From assembly GCA_963770895.1 (NCBI GenBank), contig CAVYRF010000002.1, positions 1,632,001-1,696,000 of the forward strand: 64,000 nt of DNA, read 5' to 3'. The notes under the pieces were generated by a model that saw only the letters and a program-made list of their open reading frames with translations, was not told the origin of the DNA and ran no database searches. This DNA is from an uncultured Acidobacteriota bacterium (GTDB lineage: Bacteria > Acidobacteriota > Thermoanaerobaculia > Multivoradales > UBA5704). A program made the translations under genes and the position numbers. Positions 8,191 through 16,090 of this stretch are shown here, in pieces; the stretch's first letter is position 1, and each line of letters begins with the position of its first letter.

Positions 8191-8943
8191 TCACGACGGC
8201 CCCTGGGCCGGCGCCGGCGCCTTGTCCTTGCGCTTCGACTCGCCCTTAAGCGGCAGCTCGTAGGCGTTGTGCACCAGACGGTCGAGCACGGCGTCGGCCA
8301 GCGTGGCGTCGCCGATCGCATCGTGCCAGGCGGCGACCGGCAGCTGGCTCGTCACCACCGTCGAGCGCCTGCCGTAGCGATCTTCGAGGATCTCCAGCAG
8401 ATCACGCCGCTGAGCGTCGGTGAACGGATGCAGACAGAGGTCGTCGAGCACGAGGACGTCGGCCCGGGCAAGGTTGGCCAGCAGCTTGGAGTACCGGCCG
8501 TCCGCTTTGCCGGTGGCAAGCTCGGACAGCAGCCGTGGCACACGGTGATACAGCGCGGTGAAGCCTTCCCTGCACGCTTTGTGCGCCAGCGCACAGGCCA
8601 GAAAGCTTTTCCCCGTGCCGGTTTTCCCCGTAATCAAAATGTTAAGGTGTTGGGTGATCCACTGGCATGAGCACAGTGCCAGGAACAGCGCCCGATCGAG
8701 ACCGCGCGGCAGGCGCAGGTCCACGTCTTCGACCGCGGCGGCCTGGCGCAGCCGTGCCTTGGCGAGACGGTCCTTCAGCCGGCGGTTCTCGCGCTCCGTC
8801 ATCTCGCGATCGACCAGCAGCCCCAGGCGCTCGGTGAAGCCAAGCTCGTCGATGCCGGTCATCTGCAGCTGCTCCTCGAGCCCCTTGGCCATGCCGGTCA
8901 GCCGCAGGGCCTGGAGCTTGTCGAGCGTCGGATGGGTCAGCAT
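8191..8943 (-). CDS. istB: IS21 helper AAA+ ATPase
   Basis: GKTGTGKS Walker A, VLVLDD Walker B, STVVTSQ, LDRLVH. Confidence 0.96.
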   Translation of the reverse strand: MLTHPTLDKLQALRLTGMAKGLEEQLQMTGIDELGFTERLGLLVDREMTERENRRLKDRLAKARLRQAAAVEDVDLRLPRGLDRALFLALCSCQWITQHLNILITGKTGTGKSFLACALAHKACREGFTALYHRVPRLLSELATGKADGRYSKLLANLARADVLVLDDLCLHPFTDAQRRDLLEILEDRYGRRSTVVTSQLPVAAWHDAIGDATLADAVLDRLVHNAYELPLKGESKRKDKAPAPAQGPS

Positions 8944-10496
8944 GGCTTCTGCTCCCCGCCGTAGTACGAAGCGCCGCGCAGGTTCTCATGCACGAGGGGT
9001 CGCCGCGCCGACTCGGCGGCCAGATCCATCTGCCGATCCAGCCCTCCCTGCAGGATGGAGCGCACGCTGCGGAACGACGCGCCTTCGATCTCCAGCGCCA
9101 GCTGGCACGCCGCTTCCAGCCGCTCGTTGCCATACCGCTGCCCGAGCCGCAAGATCCCCAAACACGAGCGGAAGCCATGCTGCGGGTGCACCCGCGTCGA
9201 CATCACCTGCTCGATCAGGCCGGCGACCGATGGCCCCGTCGTCTGCGACCACTGCACCAGCCGCTCGGGCGTCCACTCCGCATACGCCCGATGCGGCCGC
9301 GGCATGTGCTCGTGCTGCGTCGTGTGGGCTCCCCGGCGAAAGCAGCGCACATGGCTCGCCACCCGCTTGCTCTTGGCGAAGAACTCCACCGTTCTCGCGC
9401 TCAGCCGCACGTCCAGCTGCTGGCTCACCAGCTGGTACGGCACGCTGTAATAGTGGCCGTCGACTTCGACGTGGTAGTCCGCCACGACGCGCCCCTTTTT
9501 CCACTCGGCGTAGCTGAAGCCCGACGCCGGCAGCGCCCGCAGAGCCGGCCGCTCCATGCTCTCAAAGAGCGACCGGCGCGAGCCCTCAAGCTTGCGGAAT
9601 TGACGCTCGTTCAAGCGTATCAAAAGCATTCCAATCGCCTCGTTGAGCTCAGCAAGAGAAAAGAACTTCCGGTGCCGCAATCGGGCCAGGATCCAGCGTT
9701 CGACGACCTGCACCCCCACCTCCACTTTGGCCTTGTCGCGGGGCCGCCGCACGCGCGCCGGCATCACTGCCACGCCGTAGTGCAACGCCAAATCGTGATA
9801 GGTAGGGTTCAGCTCCGGCTCGTACCGGCACGGCCGGCTGACCGCCGACTTCAAGTTATCGGGAACCACCATTTCGGTTAGGCCGCCGGCGAACTCAAAA
9901 GCCCGCACGTGCGAGCCGATCCAGTCCGCCAATCCCTGACTCCACGTCGCCTCCGCGAAGGTGTAGTTGCTCGCCCCCCACACCGCCACGAAGATCTGCG
10001 CCGCGTGCACCTCTCCCGTGCCGGCGTCGACCACCGGCACCGTCGCGCCGCAGTAGTCGACGAACAGCTTCTCGCCAGCCCGATGCACCTGGCGCATCGA
10101 CAGGTCCACCCGCCCCCGCCACTGGCCGTACAGCTCGCAGTACCGGCTGTAGCCGTAGCCGTGAGGCTCCCTCTCCCGGTACTCCTCCCACAGCAGCGAC
10201 AGGGTCACCCCTTTGCCCTTGAGCTCGCTGTGCACGGCCGCCCAGTCCACCGCTGGCCGTCGCGCCGCCGGCACCTGCTCGACCACCGGGTAGAGCCGAC
10301 GCTCCAGCGCCTCCTCGCCCAGCTCCGCCGCCACGGACCAGTCCAGCCCGCTCCTGCGCGCACGGGCCACGCACTCCACAACCGTCGTCTTGCCTATCCC
10401 GCAGCAGTCCGCCACCTGCCGCTGGCTCAGACCGCAGACCCACAGCAATCGCAACATCTCTCGAATCTTTCTCACGTTCACTCTCCGTGCCGGCAT
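8937..10496 (-). CDS. istA: IS21 DDE transposase
   Basis: N-terminal HTH, FVDYCG, VPDNLKS, PRDKAKVE; start placed at MPARRV after GAAGGGAG. Confidence 0.96.
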   Translation of the reverse strand: MPARRVNVRKIREMLRLLWVCGLSQRQVADCCGIGKTTVVECVARARRSGLDWSVAAELGEEALERRLYPVVEQVPAARRPAVDWAAVHSELKGKGVTLSLLWEEYREREPHGYGYSRYCELYGQWRGRVDLSMRQVHRAGEKLFVDYCGATVPVVDAGTGEVHAAQIFVAVWGASNYTFAEATWSQGLADWIGSHVRAFEFAGGLTEMVVPDNLKSAVSRPCRYEPELNPTYHDLALHYGVAVMPARVRRPRDKAKVEVGVQVVERWILARLRHRKFFSLAELNEAIGMLLIRLNERQFRKLEGSRRSLFESMERPALRALPASGFSYAEWKKGRVVADYHVEVDGHYYSVPYQLVSQQLDVRLSARTVEFFAKSKRVASHVRCFRRGAHTTQHEHMPRPHRAYAEWTPERLVQWSQTTGPSVAGLIEQVMSTRVHPQHGFRSCLGILRLGQRYGNERLEAACQLALEIEGASFRSVRSILQGGLDRQMDLAAESARRPLVHENLRGASYYGGEQKPC

Positions 10497-11043
10497 CTCG
10501 CTCCCTTCGTCGATGGAGACGAGCATGCCAGAGGTACGGAGCCGCCGCTTGTTGTCACCGCCCTTCTCGATCTCGATTCCGATCGAAGGCGACCACCCTT
10601 CCGGGGATGGCGACCACCCTTCCGGGCCAAGGGCTAAAAGTGGTCGCCTTCAGACTGGAATGGGTGGTCGCCTTCCGTCGGAATCAGTGGTCGCCTTGCG
10701 ACCGGAAACGGTGGTCGCCTTCGACCGGAATACGCACGAGCCCTGGCGCGACGCCGAGGGGTGCCCTCCCGCCGCCGCCCCCAAGCCGCCAAGCCCGCAG
10801 TCCTCCGATCGGTCCCAGGTCACCTGCCGGAGCAAGAAAGAGCCTGCACGAAAGAGCCAGCAAGCAAGGGAGGGGAGGAAGGAAGCGAACCACGGCCCGC
10901 CCGCGGAGGCAGGGAAGCCAGAAGGAGGCCGCGGGCCGCGCGGGCCCGGCGCTATCACAGTCAATTAGATATTGCTGCCAGATCCGACAGTGGCCCCGCC
11001 TGATGGCAGGGCCTTTAGGTGTGCCTTGGAAAGAGGAGCGGGT

Positions 11044-12123
11044 TCAGGCGGGGCGGACTGTGATGCGCTTGAAGTAGCCGTCGCCTTCGCTTTCGGTGAC
11101 GACGCCGGAGTCGTCGGCCAGGGTGACGTGCACGATGCGGCGGTCGGCGGGGTTCATGGGGACGAGGGTGCGCGGGCGGCCGCGCTGGCGGACTTCGTCG
11201 GCGACGCGCTGGGCGAGGCTGCGCAGCCTCTCTTCGCGGATCTCGTGGAAGTTGTCGCAATCGACGCGACAGAGGACGGCCTCACCCGACAGGCTGCGGA
11301 TGATGCGCGGCAGGAGGTGCTCGATCGCCATCAGCAGCTCGCCGTCATCGGCGAAACACCAGTCGGTATCGGCTCCGATGAGCTCGATTTCCAGCCGCTC
11401 TTCACTGCGATAGATATGCGGCGTCAGGTTGAGGCCGGCAATGCGCAGCAGCAGCTCAACGCCTTTCGCGGCAGCTTCGGCCTGAGGGCCTTCGGCGGCG
11501 GGATAGCGCTCGCCGATGCTGCGGGGCCGCTCAGGAAGGGTCACCAGGTCTTCGGCCGCCGCCACGGGTTCGGGAGGGTCGAAGGTCTCAAACCTCCCGG
11601 CGCCCTGGGGGCGCGCGTGCCTGGATTGCCGTTCGCGGGGGTAGGAGCCAGACGGACGGCGCGAGCGCTCGGGACGGTCTGAGCGCTCGGGGCGCCCTGG
11701 GCGTTCAGGACGCCCTGCTCCAGGGGCTGTGGGAGGATTTTGGCGGGCGCGCTCGCGTGCGGCGGCTTCTCGCGGGGTGAGGGTGCCGGCGAGCGCCCGG
11801 CTTTCGGCGCTGGAGGCCGGGGCCGGCTTTGCGGCAGGCGGCTCGGCCGCGGAACGCGCGGGGGCAGCTGCCGGTACCGGCGGCGGCGCAGAGCCGGCAG
11901 CGCGACGCGGCACGGCCGGATCGACCTCGATGACGACCTTGCGCCGCATCTTGGTGAAGCCGTGGCGCTTCTCGATCAGCTGGTAGCCGATCTCTTCCGG
12001 CTGCAGGCGAAAGTGATTGGCCGCCTGAACCAGGGCCTGCTGCAAGGTGTCGCCCGAGAAGAATCGCCGTTTTGTGTCGTTCATGTCCGCCTGTGCTTCG
12101 CCTCCCGTGATGTCTCCGCTCAT
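11044..12123 (-). CDS. jag: Jag/EloR (KhpB) RNA-binding protein: Jag-N, KH, R3H
   Basis: PMNPADRRIVH R3H motif, TESEGDG; follows yidC. Confidence 0.9.
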   Translation of the reverse strand: MSGDITGGEAQADMNDTKRRFFSGDTLQQALVQAANHFRLQPEEIGYQLIEKRHGFTKMRRKVVIEVDPAVPRRAAGSAPPPVPAAAPARSAAEPPAAKPAPASSAESRALAGTLTPREAAARERARQNPPTAPGAGRPERPGRPERSDRPERSRRPSGSYPRERQSRHARPQGAGRFETFDPPEPVAAAEDLVTLPERPRSIGERYPAAEGPQAEAAAKGVELLLRIAGLNLTPHIYRSEERLEIELIGADTDWCFADDGELLMAIEHLLPRIIRSLSGEAVLCRVDCDNFHEIREERLRSLAQRVADEVRQRGRPRTLVPMNPADRRIVHVTLADDSGVVTESEGDGYFKRITVRPA

Positions 12124-13937
12124 TGCGCGCCCTCAAGCTTCCAGAAACGGTTGTAGACCGCCTGTTGGATGATGGTCAAGACGTTGTTGGTGAGCCAGTA
12201 GAGGACCAGGCCGCTCGGCGCGGCGAAGAAGAACACCATCATGAACAGCGGCATCACCAGGAAAAGCCGGCGTTGCGAAGGATCTCCGGACTGCGGCGCG
12301 AGCAGGACCTGCAGGAACTGCGTCACGCCCATGATCAGCGGCAGGATGAAATATGGGTCCTGGGCCGACAGGTCCTTGATCCAGAAGATCCATGGCGCAT
12401 GTCGCAGCTCGACCGAGGTGGAGAGCAGGCGATAGAAAGCGAACAGGATCGGCATCTGTGCCACGAGCGGCACACAGCCCCCGGCGGGATTGACCCCCTC
12501 AGCTTTGTACAGCGCCATGATCTCTTCGTTCATCTTGCGCTGCATTTCCAGGTTCGGCCGCCCCTGCTTGTCCTTGAGCTTCGGCCGGAACCGTTCGCGG
12601 ATGGCCTGCATCCGCGGGTTCAGGACCTGCATCTTGCGCATCGACATGGTGCTCTGGTGGGTCAACGGCAGGAGGGCGATCTTGATCAGGACCGTCATCA
12701 GGATGATCGCCCAGCCGTAGTTCGGCACCACGTGGTCGTAGGTCCAGTGCAGGCCGGCGAGCAGCGGGCGCACCACCCAGCCCAGGTAGCCGAGCTTCAC
12801 GCTCTCTTGCAGCGAGTAGGGCAGCGCCTTCAGCGTCTCGTAGCGCTTTTCGCCCAGAAAGCACTCGAGCGCCACGTTGCCAGCCGCCGGCTCCAACGTC
12901 AGCTCGTACTCGCGGCCGAGATCCTTTTGCGCCTTGGTCAGCTCGTCCTTGGGCGGCACCACCGCGAACTGGGCGCCCGCGGGTCCCGATTCGACCAGGA
13001 CCGGCTGCAGCACCGCTCGCGCCACGCTGCCGGCCTGCGGCACCGCGATCACCGCGAAGAAGGTGTCTTCCAGGCCAACCCAGTCGAGCGTCCGGCCGGG
13101 AAAGAACTTGGGCTCCTCCTCGCCCTTCGGATTGAGAACCTGCACGTCGCCGCCCACCCTGACCACCGCGTCGCGCTGGCCGTAGCGGTTGCTGAGCTCC
13201 GCCGCGGTCGGATTGCCGATGCCCGGCCCCAACACCAGCGACCAGGTTCCCGCCGCCTGCACCTTCGCCGACAACAGGCCTTGCGCATCAAATTGAAAGC
13301 TCTTCTCCACGCTGCCGGCCGAGCCGCGATAGCGGAAGGTGGCGCCCTTGCCGTCCGCGGATTTCTCCACCGCGAACAGGGCGTCGTCGACGGGCAGCGG
13401 CCGCAGGTGTGAATCGACCAGGGCGAAGGGATACGGCCCCACCCCCCGAGCGCGCACCAGCTCCGTGGTCTTGGCCGCGCCGCCCGACACCGCGGTGCCG
13501 GCCTCATCCACGACGACCGATTTGAGCTGCGCACCGCGACTGCTGAAGACCGCGCGCACGTCCTTGCCGACCAGCACGACCTCTTCTTCGCGGTCGCCTC
13601 CGATCGGCGGCGCACTGACCGCCGCAGGCGCCGGCGCCCCGCTGCCCGACCCCGCTCCCACCGCGCCGCCACCACCGGCCGGCGCCGCCGATCCAACCGC
13701 CGCATTGGCCTGGCCGGCGGCCGCCCCGCCCACCGTACCGGAGCCCGCCGCGCCCGCGCCCGCGGCACCGGCCGCTGCGCTGCCCTGTGCGCCCGCCGGC
13801 GTTGCGCCCGCGTCGCTGCCGCTCGCGGCACCTGCCACCACGGGAAGCTGCCGCCGCTGCGGCGGGAAGAAATACTGCCAGACCGCGAACACCGCGATCG
13901 ATGCCAGGATGAACAAAATGACGCGGCGGCTATCCAC
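12120..13937 (-). CDS. yidC: Membrane protein insertase YidC
   Basis: NYGWAIILMT, GVNPAGGCVP, WIKDLSAQDPYFILP, PSGLVLYW. Confidence 0.97.
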   Translation of the reverse strand: MDSRRVILFILASIAVFAVWQYFFPPQRRQLPVVAGAASGSDAGATPAGAQGSAAAGAAGAGAAGSGTVGGAAAGQANAAVGSAAPAGGGGAVGAGSGSGAPAPAAVSAPPIGGDREEEVVLVGKDVRAVFSSRGAQLKSVVVDEAGTAVSGGAAKTTELVRARGVGPYPFALVDSHLRPLPVDDALFAVEKSADGKGATFRYRGSAGSVEKSFQFDAQGLLSAKVQAAGTWSLVLGPGIGNPTAAELSNRYGQRDAVVRVGGDVQVLNPKGEEEPKFFPGRTLDWVGLEDTFFAVIAVPQAGSVARAVLQPVLVESGPAGAQFAVVPPKDELTKAQKDLGREYELTLEPAAGNVALECFLGEKRYETLKALPYSLQESVKLGYLGWVVRPLLAGLHWTYDHVVPNYGWAIILMTVLIKIALLPLTHQSTMSMRKMQVLNPRMQAIRERFRPKLKDKQGRPNLEMQRKMNEEIMALYKAEGVNPAGGCVPLVAQMPILFAFYRLLSTSVELRHAPWIFWIKDLSAQDPYFILPLIMGVTQFLQVLLAPQSGDPSQRRLFLVMPLFMMVFFFAAPSGLVLYWLTNNVLTIIQQAVYNRFWKLEGAQ

Positions 13938-13985
13938 GGCTCGGAAGATCCTTTTCGGTTGGGATTGCGGCGCGGAGCACGCCGA

Positions 13986-14201
13986 TTACGGCAGATCGAT
14001 TCCGCCTGGGTGGAGAGGGTGACACCGCAGGACTCGCCAGGCGCCGAGCAGCGATCCGCGCCAGAAACCGTGCTTGAGCAGTGCCAGGCGGGCGTACTCC
14101 GAGCAGGTGGGCGAGAACCGGCACGCGCGCGGCAGCAAGGGAGAGATCCATCGTTTGTAGGAGGTCAGGACCGCCACGATCGGGCGGGTCACATACGTCA
14201 T
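13986..14201 (-). CDS. yidD: Membrane protein insertion efficiency factor YidD
   Basis: YKRWISP, CRFSPTCSEY, RVLRCHP, GGIDLP. Confidence 0.95.
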   Translation of the reverse strand: MTYVTRPIVAVLTSYKRWISPLLPRACRFSPTCSEYARLALLKHGFWRGSLLGAWRVLRCHPLHPGGIDLP

Positions 14202-14698
14202 GCGCCCGGTTGCCTCCGGTCGCCTCGCGCTCGCTGGTTCGCGACACCCTGTAGCAGCCCGGCGATATCGCGCTGGATGTCGGCGAAACCGGCGCCGCGC
14301 GCCTCGGGCTTGAGATGCATCACCAAGTCGAGCGCCGCAAGCGTTCCGCGGCCGGGCCAGCGCCGGTAGATCTCGCGGATGCGACGCTTCAGGCGATGAC
14401 GGATCACGGCGTTGCCAACCTTACGGCTGGCCGTGATCCCCATCCGCGGAAACCCGTGCGAATTCGGAACAAAGTAAAGGATCACCAGCGCACCCTGCCG
14501 CCGGCGTCCCGTCCTGTAACACCTGAGAAAGTCCGTGCGCCGCAGCAGCCTGTTACGGGCCAGCAGCCGCTCGCTGCCGGACGCCGCCGCTTGCGCCGCA
14601 CCCCGCCCCGAAACGCCGTCCGCCGGGCTCCGTCCGCCATGGGCCGAGCCGCAAAGCGCTTCGGCCTGAGGCTCCGGCGGGCCGGATCGGCGTTCCAT
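14198..14698 (-). CDS. rnpA: Ribonuclease P protein component (N-terminally extended)
   Basis: RMGITASRKVGNAVIRHRLKRRIRE; located between rpmH and yidD. Confidence 0.93.
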   Translation of the reverse strand: MERRSGPPEPQAEALCGSAHGGRSPADGVSGRGAAQAAASGSERLLARNRLLRRTDFLRCYRTGRRRQGALVILYFVPNSHGFPRMGITASRKVGNAVIRHRLKRRIREIYRRWPGRGTLAALDLVMHLKPEARGAGFADIQRDIAGLLQGVANQRARGDRRQPGA

Positions 14699-14832
14699 CA
14701 GACGCTCAGGCGCGCGCGTCCCTTCCTGCGACGCCGGGACAGCACGGCCCGCCCTTGGCGAGTGCGCATACGCACCAGGAATCCATGAGTGCGCTTCCGG
14801 CGACGATTATTCGGTTGGTAAGTACGTTTCAC
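14698..14832 (-). CDS. rpmH: 50S ribosomal protein L34
   Basis: Manual translation from GTG: [44 protein letters not shown]. Confidence 0.97.
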   Translation of the reverse strand: MKRTYQPNNRRRKRTHGFLVRMRTRQGRAVLSRRRRKGRARLSV

Positions 14833-14915
14833 TTGATTACCGCCTTCTCTCCAACGACGATGAGGTGCATGCAGACTTGCAGCTGCAGGAGCCTGCGGCT
14901 CCGAGCGAAACCGTT

Positions 14916-14945
14916 AACTTAGTCCAAACCTGGCGCGACGGTCAA
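14916..14945 (-). promoter_or_regulatory. Candidate sigma70-type promoter for the rpmH operon
   Basis: TTGACC-N18-TAAGTT on the minus strand. Confidence 0.45.
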
Positions 14946-14963
14946 GCGAGCGCCATGAAAAGA

Positions 14964-15053
14964 TGGCGGAGAGGGTGGGATTCGAACCCACGGACCGGTT
15001 GCCCGGTCAACGGTTTTCGAGACCGCCCCATTCGACCGCTCTGGCACCTCTCC
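14964..15053 (-). tRNA. tRNA-Ser(CGA)
   Basis: GGAGAGG...GGTTCGAATCC...CCGCCA, anticodon loop CT-CGA-AA, long variable arm. Confidence 0.95.
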
Positions 15054-15076
15054 TATCTGGTTCTTACGCAAAACGA

Positions 15077-15166
<90 letters not shown>

Positions 15167-15234
15167 GGACTGCCCCAAGAACCTGCTGACAAAGAACCGT
15201 AAGCCGCACCCGCCCGCCGCGTCGACGGAGCCTC

Positions 15235-15690
15235 TTAGACAGACCGCCGCAGCGACGCGAAGAAACCGCGCAACAGCGCGGCGCTTTCTTCCGCGAGGAC
15301 TCCGCCCGTTACCGCCAATCGGTGGTTGAGCCGCGGATCCTGCGCCAGATTGCCGAGGGAGCCGCAGTATCCCGCCTTCGGGTCGACGGCACCGTACACC
15401 AATCGATCGATCCGGCAGGCAACCAGCGCCCCCGCACACATGGAACACGGTTCCAGGGTCGCATACATCGTGCAACCCAGCAGCCGCCAGCCTGCCGTGT
15501 TTCCGGCAGCCTCACGCAACGCCAGCATCTCGGCGTGCGCCAGCGGATCGCCGTCGATCTCGCGCCGGTTGTGCCCCCGCCCGACGACCTGCTCACCTCG
15601 CACCACCACCGCGCCGATCGGCACTTCACCGACCGCCGCAGCTCGCCGAGCCTCCTCCAGCGCTAGCGTCATCCAATACCGATCGTCCAT
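15235..15690 (-). CDS. tadA: tRNA adenosine(34) deaminase
   Basis: GEVPIGA, HAE, TLEPCSMCAGA, DPKAG; start placed at MDDRYWM. Confidence 0.95.
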   Translation of the reverse strand: MDDRYWMTLALEEARRAAAVGEVPIGAVVVRGEQVVGRGHNRREIDGDPLAHAEMLALREAAGNTAGWRLLGCTMYATLEPCSMCAGALVACRIDRLVYGAVDPKAGYCGSLGNLAQDPRLNHRLAVTGGVLAEESAALLRGFFASLRRSV

Positions 15691-15910
15691 GTGCCGACCC
15701 GATCCGGCCGCGGCGCGCCCAGCGCGGAAGACAGGTATCCTACTCGAAGCCGGCAACACCGGCAACGCAACCGCGTGCGGCGCGCGCGGCTCGCCGTTGG
15801 CGCTCCGCGCCCAGCTCTGCGCTCCGTGCCGGCGCCCAGCCAACAGTTACTTCGTGTATGCTCACGGCTCGCATGTCGATTTTCGGACTTCGCGGCCGCG
15901 GCGTCGTGCC

Positions 15911-15939
15911 TTTACATCCCCACCCCCAGGACATACGAT
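15911..15939 (+). promoter_or_regulatory. sigma70-type promoter of SRP RNA
   Basis: TTTACA-N17-TACGAT about 9 nt before the SRP stem. Confidence 0.65.
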
Positions 15940-15947
15940 GACGACCT

Positions 15948-16082
15948 CGGCAGTGGCCCGCGAAGGGTTCGGGTCCTGTGCATCGACGGCTTCCGAACCT
16001 CGTCAGGCCCGGAAGGGAGCAGCGATAAGGTATGCCGGCCGAGTGCCGCAGATCCACCGGAACCCTTCGTAGGCCACTGCCG
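15948..16082 (+). ncRNA. ffs: Signal recognition particle RNA (4.5S)
   Basis: Conserved helix-8 GTCAGGCCCGGAAGGGAGCAGC within a long closing stem; located upstream of dnaX. Confidence 0.92.
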
Positions 16083-16090
16083 CCTTCACC

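Larger units (their letters stand above)
7678..10736 (-). mobile_element. IS21-family element
   Basis: TG...CA ends, IR TGCG(G/T)ATTCCGG(T)CGAAGGCGACCACC, repeated internal AAGGCGACCAC motifs, 6-bp TSD CGAGCC (7672-7677, 10737-10742). Confidence 0.95.

Noticed and set aside
1438-8263. Many 60-413 aa ORFs over the repeat regions (e.g. 1438-2046, 6453-7067, 7022-8263)
   Set aside because: R/P/A/G-rich translations with no motifs; repeat periods do not preserve frame; expected by chance in high-GC DNA
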